Assembly: GCA_038087875.1 (NCBI GenBank)
Contig: CM075997.1
Coordinates: forward strand, 1,924,001-1,988,000
Direction: 5' to 3'
Source of the DNA: Malacoraja senta
Taxonomy: Eukaryota
DNA: 64,000 bases
Shown here: positions 1-12,829 of the stretch, piece by piece
Numbering within the stretch: position 1 is the stretch's first letter
Layout: each line of letters opens with the position of its first letter
The notes under the pieces: generated by a model
What the model was told of the DNA's origin: nothing
The model's database searches: none
Seen by the model: the letters and a program-made list of their open reading frames with translations, nothing else
Translations under genes and position numbers: made by a program

Positions 1-164
1 AAAACTGAACCAAACTACCACAACAAAGGAGCGGGCAACACAATGGTGCATCTGGGTAGTGCTGCTGCCTCATAGCTTTGATCCCGACCTCAGGTGCTGT
101 CTGCGTGGACTTTGCACGTTCTCCCTTGCTGGCAGAGCGTGCACAGTGACACAACTGTTTAGTT

Positions 165-666
165 GTGGGCCACAGTTTAAGAATAAGGAGTAAGCCATTT
201 AGAACGGAGACGAGGAAACAATCTTTCTCACAGAGAGTGGTGAGTCTGTGGAATTCTCTGCCTCAGAGGGCGGCGGAGGCGGGTTTTCTGGATACTTTCA
301 AGAGAGAGCTAGATAGGGCTCTTAAAGGTTTGGACATGGTAGATGCAGGAAACACGTTCCCGATGTTGGAGGAGTCCAGAACCAGGGGCCACAGTCTACG
401 AACAAGGGGTAAGCAATTTAGAATGGAGACTTTTTAGAACGGCCGTGAATCTGTGGAATTCTCTGCCTCAGAAGGCAGTGGAGGCCAATTCTTGATATGT
501 TTTTAAGAGAGAGTTGGATAGAGCTCTTAAAGATAGCGGAGTCAGGGGATATGGGGAGAAGGCAGGAACGGGGTACTGATTGGGGATGATCAGCCATGAT
601 CACATTGAATGGCGGTGCTGGCTCGAAGGGCCGAATGGCCTACTCGTGCACCTATTGTCTATTGTC
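165..666 (+). mobile_element. Two adjacent CR1 3' fragments
   Basis: RTRGHSLR and QRVVSLWNSLPQ translations plus the CR1 3' UTR. Confidence 0.82.
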
Positions 667-1710
667 ATAACTGGGAGAGTCGCTGACCCACAACGCCAGA
701 GTCCCAGTTTCGATCCTGACCTTGGGTGCTGTCTGCGTGGTGTTTGCATGTTCTGCCTGTGACCATGTGGGTTTTCCCCCAGTTTGCCATCCACATCCAA
801 AGGACGGGCTGGTTAATTGGCCACTGTGAATTGCCCCTAGTGTGTGGGTGAGCGGTAGATTCTCTGGGTAGTCGTGGAGAGAGTAAAATAGGGTTAGTGG
901 ATGCTTAGACACAAAGTGCTGGAGTAACTCAGCGGGACAGGCAGCATCTCTGGAGAGAAGGAATGGGTGGCGTTTTGGGTCAAGACCCTTCTTCACACGT
1001 GGATGCGTGATGGTTGGAGTGGACATGGAGGTCTGACATGCCCGTGTCCGTGCTCCAACGATCCTTTTAACAATCCAGCGACCTTAACATCATAAGTCGC
1101 CTCTAAACTCAACCATGTCTCCACTCACTCCCTCTCCCCTCTTCAGCCTTGAGTGTGACCCAAACCAGGAGGCATCTGTGACCTCTTTAGGCGTCAACCT
1201 CCAGCTAAGCCAGAAGTTCTGGATTCAATTGCAGCTCTAGGACTCTGAGCTTAATAATTGGGGCTGACTCCCCAGTGCTGAGGGAGGGCTGTGCTGTCCA
1301 AGGGGGTGTCAGGGGTTATGGGGAGAAGACAGGAGAATGAGATTAGGAGGGACAAATAGATCACATATGATTGAATGGCGGAATAGACTTGATGGGCCGA
1401 ATTACCTCATTCTGCTACTATCGCTTCTGACATCGTCTAGATCGAACCAAGACCCTGCCTGTTCTTTCAGCTGAACACAAAAGATCCCGTGCAGACAAGA
1501 ACAGGTGACGGCAGAGGTATTACTCCCGTGAAAAGCATTAAAAATAACTTCATTGGCTCTTGACCAAATTAGCTTCCACACTCCAGCTGTGACCTAACGT
1601 TAAAGATACTTCATTGGCTGTGAAGTGGTTTGGAACATCCTGAGGTTTGTGATGGCTTTAAAATGCTTGCGTGCACAACACCTTCCCTACATCCATGCAG
1701 TCCAACTCAC

Positions 1711-1758
1711 CTTTTGGCTCCTGTTCCTAGAATTTGGTTTAGCCTTTACATTGTAGGC
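1711..1758 (-). CDS. lgals9: Galectin A linker exon (AYNVKAKPNSRNRSQK)
   Basis: ctccctcctcaccacag|GCCTAC...CAAAAG|gtgagt; 48 nt, phase 0-0, strong splice sites in non-repeat DNA. Confidence 0.68.
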
Positions 1759-1859
1759 CTGTGGTGAGGAGGGAGAGAAGTCAGTTTAATTACAAAGCTT
1801 CCCACTGGCATGGGGCCACCTGGAGACTGCTGCTTGTTCCAATGTACATGGTTATCATT

Positions 1860-2141
1860 GGGCAGCACGGTGGCGTAGCGGTAGAGCTCCTACCTTGCAG
1901 TGCCAGAGACCCGGGTTCAATCTGACTGTCTGTACGGAGTTTGTACATTCTCCCCGTGACCTGCGTGGTTTTTCTCCGAGATCTTCCGTTTCCTCCCACA
2001 CTCCAAAGACGCACAGGTTTGTAGGTCAATTGGCTTGGTGTAAATGTTAAATCGTCCCTAGTTCATGTGCGAGGATGGCTGGTCTGTGCAGACTCGGTGA
2101 GCCGATAAGGGCCTGTTTCCGCGCTGTATCTCTAAACTAAA
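1860..2141 (+). mobile_element. tRNA-derived V-SINE (HE1-like)
   Basis: A box tggcgtagcgg, B box ggttcaatc, central ctccccgtgacctgcgtgg core, (ctaaa)n tail. Confidence 0.85.
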
Positions 2142-2514
2142 CCAGTTGCCTGCAAGACCTTTGGTGAGTGGATTCATCCTATTGCTCCCATTTCGCCTCC
2201 ATCTGCATCACAACGACAACAACTCTTGTCATCGTCCACAACTTGTCATTGCTTCTTTCACAGTGGGAGAACACACATCGGATGGGCTGAATGGCCTGAA
2301 GTAATTTCCACGCAGTCTCGCATGTTTCAACCACCTTTACTTGATGTGTCACACATGCAAGAGGTTTCACCCAATGCCAACTGAAAGCCTCGCATCTCGT
2401 ACAGTTTACAGTAAATCGTTCAATGTTGATCATAACTTGAAGTCAAACAACTGATTCAAGCCACAGTATGGCCAATACATTTCCTAACAACAAAGTTAAA
2501 ACTGTGGTACTTAC

Positions 2515-2583
2515 GGCAGTGTTCACAGGTTTGGCAGGCACGAAGAAGGTAGGAGGGGTGCAGAAATTGCCTGCAAAAGTGTT
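2515..2583 (-). CDS. lgals9: Galectin A linker exon (NTFAGNFCTPPTFFVPAKPVNTA)
   Basis: ttttcttgtag|AACACT...ACTGCC|gtaagt; 69 nt, phase 0-0, Pro-rich. Confidence 0.7.
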
Positions 2584-3859
2584 CTACAAGAAAATAAGAT
2601 TAATGAATGAATGAATAAGTTTATTGGCCAAGTATTCACATACAAGGAATTTGCCTTGGTGCTCCACCCGCAAGTGACAACATGACATACAGTGACAGTT
2701 AGGAATGACACATAAAACATTAAACATTAATAATAAAACATTATCGATTAAACATGTGAATTAAATAAAATACCAGAGCAAAAGGAGGCTACAGATTTTT
2801 GGTTATTGAGTGGAGCTACTACTCGTGGAAAAAAAGCTGTTTTTATGTCTGGCTGTGGCAGCTTTGACAATCCGGAGTCGCCTTCCAGAGGGAAGTGATT
2901 CAAAGAGTTTGTGGCCAGGGTGAGAGTGGTCAGAGATGATCTTACCCACTCGTTTCCTGGCCCTTGCAGTATTATTTAGATGTAGTATTTGAGACAGAAA
3001 TCAAAATTCTTAGAAATAACTACACTCTCTGCATATCCATGAGATATCAAAGAGGAAACAAGGTTCATCCCATCGTCAACCCGACCATCAATCACCCGTT
3101 CGCATTAGTTCTATATTATCCCACTATAGCATTGACTCCACACACACTAGGGGCAATTTGCAGAGAGCAATTAACCTGTCACCCTTGGAATGTGGGAAAT
3201 AACCCATGCAGTCACAGGGAGATTGTGCAAACTCCACACAGACAGCACCCAAGGTCAGAAGCAAGCCCGGGTCTCTGGCGCTGTGAGTCAGCTGTTCCAC
3301 CACTAATTAGGGATGGGCAATTAAATACTGGCTCATTTTGCAGAGCCCACATCCCCAGAATGAATACTAATGGGACTAGGGGGAAGTATTTTATTTTTAA
3401 TTTAAATTAAAAAAAAATAAAAATAAAAAAATAAAAAAATAATAATAAATAAATAAATAAAAATTAAAAATTAAAAAAAAAAATTTTTTAATGTTCGGCA
3501 CGGACTTGAAGGGCCGAGATGGCCTGTTTCCGTGCTGTTATGGTTATATGGTTATAAAAGAAGTCAACAGCGGGAGAGAGATCACACCAGGGCAAGTCAA
3601 CAATCCTGGTCTGACGTCAATAGTGGCAAGTGCGCAACATAAAACTTGGCAGATGATAAATGTATGATAAAGGCAAAACAACAGGACTTACAGAACTGGC
3701 ATGAATTGGACCGTAAGCAGGAGGAGCGTACGCTGGAGGAACCTAAAACACAAAAACAAAACTGGAATAAAAAACAACACCCTGCGGAAACCCCCATTCG
3801 ACATAAAACTTCAAATAGAATCATTACTTTAACAACAACAAAAATACAAAGTCAGCACT

Positions 3860-4131
3860 GGCAACAACCTACGTCACCTGGTGACAACTACGACAGCACC
3901 TACATCAGGAGAAGTCAAGCTACGCTCACTGGCGTCAAACCCACTGTCGCCGACTGTCTCCGAAAATTTTTCAACGTGTTGAAAATCCAGCGGCGACCAG
4001 AAAGACGCTACGACTCTTTGGGCGACTGAGGAGACGACTCACGACCACACAGGCAACACCCCGGCGACCATGTGGCGACAGCCTAGACGCCTGCAGTCGC
4101 CCAAAAAATAGCCTAAGTGGGACAGGCCCTT
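3860..4131. mobile_element. Harbinger-like MITE fragment
   Basis: Right end gtgggacaggccct|tta resembles the terminus at 37668; cgac-rich subterminal repeats; left end not resolved. Confidence 0.5.
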
Positions 4132-4784
4132 TAGGACCCAAAACCCAATGCATTAAAAAATAAATCCAGGAACGAGGTTTCATTTTCTCTCTAAGGGTCT
4201 TTCGAACTCTTCCTCAAAGGTCAGTGGAAGTGGAGTCTTAGAATACGTTAAAGACAGAGATGGAGATATTCTAGACGGGTGAGGAGGTGTGGAAGGTCAC
4301 CGTGAGTGTGGGGTTGAAGTTACGAGCATGTTAGCCACGAGGTATTCAAAAGAGAGTTAGATATCGATGTTAGGGCAAACGGAATCAAGGGATATGGGGA
4401 GCAAGCAGGAACGGGGGTACTGATTCTGAATGATCAGCCATGATCATATTGAATGGCGGTGCAGGCTCGAAGGGCCGAATGGCTTTACTCCTGCACCTAT
4501 TTTCTATGTTTCTATGATCTAATTAAAAGGTAGGCAGGTTTGAGGAAACAAGCCTACTAATTTGGATCTATATTGAGCCCCAGAAAGTCTAGCCCTTATT
4601 TGTCCCTATTTCACCCCCGTGTGAGGAGGCTGGCAGAGGCGCCTTACAAACAAACTCCCATTGTCAGCAGGAGCAGTGCTGGACACTAGGGACAGTCCTA
4701 GACACCAGTGATGGTGGCAGTTGTCTCCGTCTCTGCCCTTCCACACTGGGCTTGTGCTTAGCAAGTAAACAGTGTGATACCCAC

Positions 4785-4904
4785 GTCTGGTTCTTTGAAG
4801 GTGATGGCATTCACATGAACATCTCCGGAAATCTTCAGGGTGTCGACTCTCATCAAGGGCAACCTGTGTCTGTACTCCAGGAGATGCTGCCCGTTCACAG
4901 AGAC
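4785..4904 (-). CDS. lgals9: Galectin A exon 4 (N-CRD end, VSVNGQHLLEYRHR...EPD)
   Basis: cccacag|GTCTCT...CCAGAC|gtgggt; 120 nt; VxVNGxHxxxYxHR galectin motif. Confidence 0.93.
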
Positions 4905-5183
4905 CTGTGGGAGAAGAGAAACATCCTCGTCACTTAGGGAAAAAAGCCGGATCGTGGAGTCAAACCCGCACGGAAACAGGCCCATCGAGTGCACGCTGAC
5001 CATCAACTACCCATTTACGCTGATTTACTCCCCCAGATTCCCATCAGCTCCCCCCTAACTCTCGTGGTCGGGGAGTGTGTGGTGGTGGTCATGGTGGTGT
5101 ACAAAAATAGACACAAAGTGCTGGAGTAACTTAGCGGGTTGGGCAGCGTCTAGCGGTAGCTCCCCCCTGATTCCACCACTTTA

Positions 5184-5791
5184 ACCAAAGATACTAGAGG
5201 AGCAAGATAGACCACTCCTCCGAAATCCAATGGACTGACGTGTAGTACGTAACGGAACGTCACGGCCGCCATTTTAAAATGCAAAACGCGACATCTTTGA
5301 TAGCGGTGACGGACTCCACAGTTATACAATCTGCGCTTACATCAGGTCGCAGGGAAGAGCAAAGATACTGGAGGCTCCTATAGTATCTTTGGGGGAAGAG
5401 GACGTTTCCTCCACTCCTGAGTTGATCCAGGACTGATTCTCGGTCCCCCCCGATACCAGATGAAGGCGGCCGGCACCAGGCTCTCTGTCTGTCTGGCGGG
5501 AGAGCCTCAAGCGTCGGCGCTCCCGAGTCAGCAGGCAATGTTCCTCTCGTATCTTTGGGGTAATCCGTTCCAAAGATTGATCCGCTCTATCATCTTTGGT
5601 GTAATCCGTGTTGTTGGGAACAGTGTTGTATATAGCATCTATCACTTCACATATTTAGTTAATATTATTGTAAATATTACTATTATTATTGTAAATTGCA
5701 GTCCGGTAAAATGGCGTCAACACCCACCCATGTCATACTACGCTTTTTTCGCAGAGTGGCGCATCTTGCTCGGCTCTATAATCTTTGACTT
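5184..5791. mobile_element. TIR-bounded non-autonomous DNA element
   Basis: caaagatactagaggagcaagatagaccactc versus gagtggcgcatcttgctcggctctataatctttg as imperfect inverted termini, with TTAA near both ends. Confidence 0.6.
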
Positions 5792-5873
5792 TAACTACAC
5801 AGTTTACACCAGCGACTGTATCTACCGACCTGTTGTGTTTAAGAAGGAACTGCAGATGCTGGAACAATCGAAG

Positions 5874-6333
5874 CAGGCAAGTGCCGTCAGGGTAGGCAAG
5901 GTAGGCAGTGCCTACCCTGAATACAATTATAAAATGGTAACTATTAAATATAAATAGTAAAGGCAGGAGAGAATTATGTTTACCTAAGAGATCGATCTCT
6001 TAGGTAGGCATAATTCTCCCGTGCCTTTCATCCGCAGTACATTTAACACGCGGAAGTATGTGCTACTCACGTGCCCTCGACGCTGCTTCAAGCCATCAGT
6101 GGCAACGGTCCATAAAGGCAGCCGAAATTCTGCCTTTACACCATGGACTGCGTGCATGTGCTGTGCAGCATCATACTGTGCATGCGCAGCGCAAGTTTCT
6201 TTTAAAAGCCGACTGACAGCTCACCGGGGAGAGAACAAACTGCGCATACGCGGTTTTCAAGATTTTTTTTAAAAGCCGGCTGACTAAAGATACTGACTGC
6301 CTACCCTGACTAATTGCTCACGGCACGGGCCTG
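5874..6333. mobile_element. hAT-like MITE
   Basis: CAGG...CCTG imperfect TIRs, perfect 8-bp TSD AATCGAAG (5866-5873 and 6334-6341), inserted in a Penelope-derived repeat; internal palindrome at 5966-6020. Confidence 0.85.
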
Positions 6334-6839
6334 AATCGAAGGTAGACAAAAAATGCTGGAGAAACTCAGCGGGTGAGGCAGCATCTACGGAGCGAAGGAA
6401 TGGGCGACGTTTCGGGTTCAGACTGACCCGCATGTCTTTGGGGTGTGGGAGGAGAATGGAGTACCGGGGGAAACGCACAGGGTTATAGGGAGAACGTACA
6501 AACTCCATACAGATGGGGTCCGAGGTCAGGATCGAACCCTGGTCGCTGGAGCCTACAAGTAGCGGGTCGGTCAGCTGCATCACGTTGTCTCAGGGCCCAT
6601 TGCATTTGGTTAGAATTTCTCGCACACATATAGGCCATTCAGCCCAACTGGTCCATGCCAGCATTAAAACTCCAGCAATCTTCTCCGAGCCTATCAGAAT
6701 ATTGTTCTATACTTTTCTCCTTTGAGCTTCACCATCGAGCCACATTGTTCCAAATCACGTGATAGCACATTGAACATTCCCACCAGGACTTTCATCTGAA
6801 TCCATGAGCTTCCTTTACTCCACATGAAAGACTTACATT

Positions 6840-7320
6840 CAATAGACAATAGGTACAGGAGTAGGCCATTCGGCCCTTCGAGGCAGCACCACCATTCATT
6901 GTGATCATGGCTGATCATCCACAATCCGTACCCCGTTCCTGCCTTTCTCCCATATCCCCTGACTCCGCTATCTTTAAGAGCTCTATCCAACTCTCTCTTA
7001 AAAACATATCAAGAATTAGCCTCCACTGCCTTCTGAGGCAGAGAATTCCACAGATTCACAACCCTCTGCATGAAAAAGTTTTTCCGTTCTAAAAAGTCTC
7101 CGTCCTAAATTGCTTGCCCCTTGTTCGTAAACTGTGGCCCCTGGTTCTGGACTCCTCCAACATCGGGAACGTGTTTCCTGCGTCTACCATGTCCAAACCC
7201 TTAACAATCTTATACGTTTCAATGAGATACCCTCTCATCCTTCTAATTTCCAGAGTATACAAGCCCAGCCGCTCCATTCTATCAACATATGACGGTCCCG
7301 CCATCTCGGAAATTAACCTC
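6840..7320 (-). mobile_element. CR1 3' fragment
   Basis: ERLGLYTLEIRRMRGYLIETYKI...; (attgtct)n tail. Confidence 0.82.
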
Positions 7321-7623
7321 AATGCACAAGACTCATGATGGAAGCAAAACATAGTTGCAGTTAGATAACTCAGTGGTGCTGTGCTAACAACTCCAGCCAC
7401 TGCGTTACATCTCCATCCACCCACAATCTCCCGCCGATTTCCTCCTGCATCCCAAAGACGTGAGGTTAGTAAGATAGTTGTGGCCCCTGTAGATTGTCCC
7501 GAGTGTGCAGATGAGGAGTAGCATTTTAGATACATAGATACATAGAAAATAGGTGCAAGAGTAGACCATTCGGCCCTTCGAGCCTGCACCGCCATTCAAT
7601 ATGATCATGGCTGATCATCCAAC

Positions 7624-10406
7624 TCAGTATCCCGTACCTGCCTTCTCTCCATACCCCCTGATCCCTTTAGCCACAAGGGCCACATCTAACTCCCTCTTAA
7701 ATATAGCCAATGAACTGGCCTCAACTACCCTCTGTGGCAGAGAGTTCCAGAGATTCACCACTCTCTGTGTGAAAAAGTTTTTCCTCATCTCGGTCTTAAA
7801 GGATTTCCCCCTTATCCTTAAGCTGTGACCCCTTGTCCTGGACTTCCCCAACATCGGCAACAATCTTCCTGCATCTAGCCTGTCCAACCCCATAAGAATT
7901 TTGTACATTTCTGTAAGATCCCCTCTCAATCTCCTAAATTCTAGCGAGTATAAGCCAAGTCTATCCAGTCTTTCTTCATATAAAAGTCCTGACATCCCAG
8001 GAATCAGTCTGGTGAACCTTCTCTGCACTCCCTCTATGGCTATAATGTCCTTCCTCAGATTTGGAGACCAAAACTGTACGCAATACTCCAGGTGTGGTCT
8101 CACCAAGTCCCTGTACAACTGCAGTAGAACCTCCCTGCTCCTATACTCAAATCCTTTTGCTATGAAAGCTAACATACCATTCGCTTTCTTCACTGCCTGC
8201 TGCACCTGCATGCCTTTCAATGACTGGTGTACCATGACACCCAGGTCTCGCTGCATCTCCCCTTTTCCTAATCGGCCACCATTTAGATAATAGTCTGCTT
8301 TCCTGTTTTTGCCACCAAAGTGGATAACCTCACATTTATCCACATTATACTGCATCTGCCAAACATTTGCCCACTCACCCAGCCTATCCAAGTCACCTTG
8401 CAGTCTCCTAGCATCCTCCTCACAGCTAACACTGCCCCCCAGCTTAGTGTCATCCGCAAACTTGGAGATGTTGCCTTCAATTCCCTCATCCAGTTCATTA
8501 ATATAAATTGTAAATAGCTGGGGTCCCAGCACTGAGCCTCCAGATACAACACATCCACTGGTTCTCCCCTATCCACTCTACTAGTTACATCCTCGAAAAA
8601 TTCTATAAGATTCGTCAGACATGATTTACCTTTCGTAAATCCATGCTGACTTTGTCCAATGATTTCACCACTTTCCAAATGTGCTGCTATCCCATCTTTA
8701 ATAACTGACTCTAGCAGTTTCCCCACTACCGATGTTAGACTAACTGGTCTGTAATTCCTCGTTTTCTCTCTCCCTCCCTTCTTAAAAAGTGGGGTTACGT
8801 TTGCTACCCTCCAATCCTCAGGAACTACTCCAGAATCTAAAGAGTTTTGAAAAATTATCACTAATGCATCCACTATTTCTGGAGCTACTACCTTAAGTAC
8901 TCTGGGATGCAGCCTATCTGGCCCTGGTGATTTATCGGCCTTTAATCCATTCAATTTACCCAACACCACTTCCCGACTAACCTGGATTTCACTCAGTTCC
9001 TCCGTCTCCTTTGACCCGCGGTCCCCTGCTATTTCCGGCAGATTATTTATGTCATCCTTAGTGAAGACGGAACCAAAGTAGTTATTCAATTGGTCCGCCA
9101 TATCCTTGTTCCCCATGATCAATTCACCTGTTTCTGACTGCAAGGGACCTACATTTGTTTTAACTAATCTCTTTCTCTTCACATATCTATAAAAACTTTT
9201 GCAGTCAGTTTTTATGTTCCCTGCCAGTTTTCTTTCATAATCTATTTTCCCTTTCCTAATTAAGCCCTTTGTCCTCCTCTGCTGGTCTCTGAATTTCTCC
9301 CACTCCTCTGGTATGCTTCTTTTTCTGGCTAATTTGTACGCATCATCTTTTGCTTTGATACTATCCTTGATTTCCCTTGTTATCCACGGATGCACTACCT
9401 TCCCTGATTTATTCTTTTGCAAAACTGGGATGAACAATTTTTGTAGTTCATCCATGCAGTCTTTAAATGCCTTCCATTGCATATCCACCGTCAACCCTTT
9501 TAGAACTAATTGCCAGTCAATCTTGGCCAATTCACGTCTCATACCCTCAAAGTTACCTTTCTTTAAGTTCAGAACCGTTTTTTCTGAATTAACAATGTCA
9601 CTCTCCATCCTAATGAAGAACTCAACCATATTATGGTCACTCTTGCCCAAGGGGGCACGCACAACAAGACTGCTAACTAACCCTTCCTCATTACTCAATA
9701 CCCAGTCTAGAATAGCCTGCTCTCTCGTTGGTTCCTCTACATGGTGGTTTAGATAACTATCCCGCATACATTCCAAGAAATCCTCTTCCTCAGCACCCCT
9801 GCCAATTTGATTCACCCAATCTATATGTAGATTGAAGTCACCCGTTATAACTGTTTTGCCTTTGTTGCACGCATTTCTAATTTCCTGTTTGATGCCATCC
9901 CCCACTTCACTACTACTGCTAGGTGGCCTGTACACAACACCCACCAGCGTTTTCTGCCCCTTAGTGTTTCGCAGCTCTACCCATACCGATGCCACATCCT
10001 CCAAGCTAATGTCCTTCCTTTCCACTGCGTTAATCTCCTCTCTAACCAGCAACGCTACCCCACCTCCTTTTCCTTTCTCTCTATCCCTCCTGAATAGTGA
10101 ATATCCCTGGATGTTCAGCTCCCAGCCTTGGTCACCCTGGAGCCATGTCTCCGTGATCCCAACTATATCATAATCATTAATAGCTATCTGCACGTTCAAC
10201 TCATCCACCTTATTACGAATGCTCCTTGCATTGAGACACAAAGCCTTCAGGCTTGTTTTTACAACGCTCTTACCCCTTATACAATTATGTTGAAAAGTGG
10301 CCCTTTTTGATTTTTGCCCTGGATTTGTCTGCCTGCCACTTTTACTTTTCACCTTGCTACCTATTGCTTCCGCCCGCATTTTACACCCCTCTGTTTCTCT
10401 GCTCAC
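7624..10406 (-). pseudogene. CR1 ORF2 (APE endonuclease plus reverse transcriptase), disrupted at about 8540
   Basis: LNARSIRNK, GITETW, GDFN and SDH endonuclease motifs; KSPGPD, NYRPVSLTS, QHGF and FADDTK RT motifs. The LDFxKAFD...GVPQ segment is missing at the DVLYL|xAQCW junction. Confidence 0.9.
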
Positions 10407-10443
10407 CCATTTAAGAACCCCACCACCTCTTATTCTCTGTTTA

Positions 10444-11478
10444 TTATTGTTTTCTTCTTTCCCCTCTACGTTGGGTCTGAGTGCTTTCCTTCTCTGCCTC
10501 CTGCCTCACACACTGTCTAATAGCTTTCTCTATTTGAGTCCCTCCCCCCAACCATTCTAGTTTAAAGTCTCCCCAGTAGCCTTTGCAGATCTCCCCGCCA
10601 GGATATCGGTCCCCCTCAGGTTCATGCTTTTTGTACAGGTCGCACCTTCCACAAAAGAGGTCCCAATGATCCAGAAATTTGAATCCCTGCCCTCTGCACC
10701 AGTCCTTCAGCCACGCATTTATCCTCCACCTCGCTCCATTCCTACTCTCACTGTCGCGTGGCACAGGCAGTAATCCCAAGATTGTTACCTTTGCTGTCTT
10801 ACTCTTTAACTCCCCTCCTAACTCCCTAAATTCTCCTTTCAGGGCCTCTTCTCTTTTTTTACCTATGTCATTGGTACCTATATGTACCACGACCTCGGGC
10901 TCCTCTCCCTGCCCTTTCAGGATATCTTGGACACGTTGAGACACATCACAGACCCTGGCATCAGGGAGGCAAACTACCATCCGGGTCTCCCGACTGCGTC
11001 CACAGAATCGCCTGTCTGACCCCCTAACTATAGAGTCCCCTATTAGTATTGCCCTCCTCTTCTTTTCCTTACCCTTCTGAGCAACAGGACCGATCTCTGT
11101 ACCGGAGGCCTGGCCGCTGTCGCTACCCCCAGGTAGGCTGTCCCCCCCAACAGTGCTCAAACAGGAGTACTTATTGTCAAGGTGTACAGCCACCGGGGTA
11201 CTCTCTAGTCCCTGCCTGTGCCCCTTGCCTCTCCCAACCGTGATCCACTTGCCTGCCTCCTGTGGTCTTGGAGTGACCACCTCCCTGTAACTCTCAATGA
11301 CTTCCTCGCTCTCCCTGACCAGACGGAGGTCATCGAGCTGCTGCTCCAGGTTCCTAATACGGTCCCTTAGGAGCCCCATCTCGATACACCTGGCGCAGAT
11401 GTGGACGTCTGGAGGGCTATCAGACTCCATGACTTCCCACATCTGACATCCAGAACAGTAAACTGCCCTGGCCCTCAT
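10444..11478 (-). CDS. CR1 ORF1 (zinc finger, coiled coil, SGNH/GDSL esterase-like), 3' end frameshifted
   Basis: CSGC..HICARC, heptad leucines, AILIGDSIVRG and VVHIGTND blocks. Confidence 0.85.
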   Translation of the reverse strand: MRARAVYCSGCQMWEVMESDSPPDVHICARCIEMGLLRDRIRNLEQQLDDLRLVRESEEVIESYREVVTPRPQEAGKWITVGRGKGHRQGLESTPVAVHLDNKYSCLSTVGGDSLPGGSDSGQASGTEIGPVAQKGKEKKRRAILIGDSIVRGSDRRFCGRSRETRMVVCLPDARVCDVSQRVQDILKGQGEEPEVVVHIGTNDIGKKREEALKGEFRELGGELKSKTAKVTILGLLPVPRDSESRNGARWRINAWLKDWCRGQGFKFLDHWDLFCGRCDLYKKHEPEGDRYPGGEICKGYWGDFKLEWLGGGTQIEKAIRQCVRQEAEKESTQTQRRGERRKQ

Positions 11479-11789
11479 ACTCCCCTAACCCTGGATACAA
11501 TACAAAACAAACTGCTACAATACAGTACAATCAGCAGGGATCTGACTCCCCATCAGCTGCTCCCTCTTGTCTGCTTCCACCAATCAGCGGCTTCCTTAAG
11601 CCCACTTGTTTTTGAAGTGGAACTTGGAACGTTACAGATTTCGGCTCCTCCTCCCTCTGCGACCGCTCCAACGGCTCTAGGGCCTCTGTAAGGAACAAGC
11701 CCCGCGCTCCACTTTAACTACTACCGCTCGGGTGTAGCTCCTCCCTCTGCGACCTCTCCAACGGCTCTCGAGCCTCTTAGATAAATTGA

Positions 11790-12312
11790 GATAAATTTTA
11801 TTTATCACAGGAGGGAAATTGATTTGCTAATAATCATAAAACGCAAAATATATGAAAGATGAAATTAGTGATGAGTGGAAAGTATTGGAGATATGCAAAG
11901 ATTGGGGAGGGGAGTCGTTCTCAGTCTACCCCATGACAGAAGGGGGAGGAGTTGTACAGTTTGATAGCCACAGGGAAGAAGGATCTCCTGTGGCGTTCTG
12001 TGCTGCATCTTGGTGGAACCAGTCTGTTGCTGAAGGAGCTCCTCAGGTTGACCAGTGTGTCATGGTGGGGGTGAGCTGTACTGTCCAAGATGCTCTGCAG
12101 TTTGAGGAGCATCCTCCCCTCCAAGACCAACTTCCCGTGAATCCAACTCCAACTCCGCCCCCAGGACGGAGCCAGCCTTCCTGATGAGCTTGTTAATCCT
12201 ATTGGCATCCGCGGCCTTCGCCCTGCTGCCCCAGCACACGGCAGTGAAGAAGATGGCACTGGCTACCGCCGATTGGTTGAACATCTGCAGCATATCACTG
12301 CAGATGTTGAAG
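11790..12312 (-). mobile_element. Rex1/Babar-like LINE 3' fragment
   Basis: LQMFNQSAVASAIFFTAVCWG...KLIRKAGSVLG and RHRRSFFPVAIKLYN. Confidence 0.75.
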
Positions 12313-12829
12313 GAGCGGAGAGTGTGAGAGGGAATAAATACGTGGAAATAAATAGAGGAATTGTATTCATGGGGGTTTGCTTTGAGAGCTGCCATAGACT
12401 CAATGGGCCGAATGGCCTCTATATACTGTCAATATGGTATCAAGTTATAAAGTCATACAGCAAGGAAACAGGTCCTTTGGCCCAACTTGCCCATGCTGAC
12501 CAAGATGCCCATCTATGTTCGCTCCATGTTGATGGGGAAGATCTACATTGTCAACCTCAACTCAGAAGTACTGAGGTCCAATTGTTGCCCGTCTTCTCCA
12601 AGAGGTTCAGTTGCCAATTCTGATTGGATAAATTATTCTTGTGACCTCCTGAAGGGCTCACCATTTGATCTAATCATTGGTCAGTCAGCGTGTCCCTCCT
12701 CACTGGCCCACATTCCCAAGCCAACGAAAACGGACTCTTCCTGAAAATAATGGTTAAATCTTGACGATCAGTCAGCTTGGGCCCACTTCCAATTTTCATT
12801 TCGAAACAAAATGTTCAACAAAAATTATT

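Larger units (their letters stand above)
7528..11780 (-). mobile_element. Near-full-length CR1-clade (HER1-like) LINE with internal RT deletion, in intron 3 of galectin A
   Basis: ORF1 at 10444-11478, ORF2 split over 8283-10406 and 7624-8532, (tatgtatc)n-type 3' tail at about 7528-7546, short direct repeats in the 5' leader (about 11645-11690 and 11737-11778). The 5' boundary is approximate. Confidence 0.93.

Noticed and set aside
1860..1930. tRNA-like sequences with A/B boxes at several sites
   Set aside because: They are SINE heads continuing into the V-SINE core, not tRNA genes.
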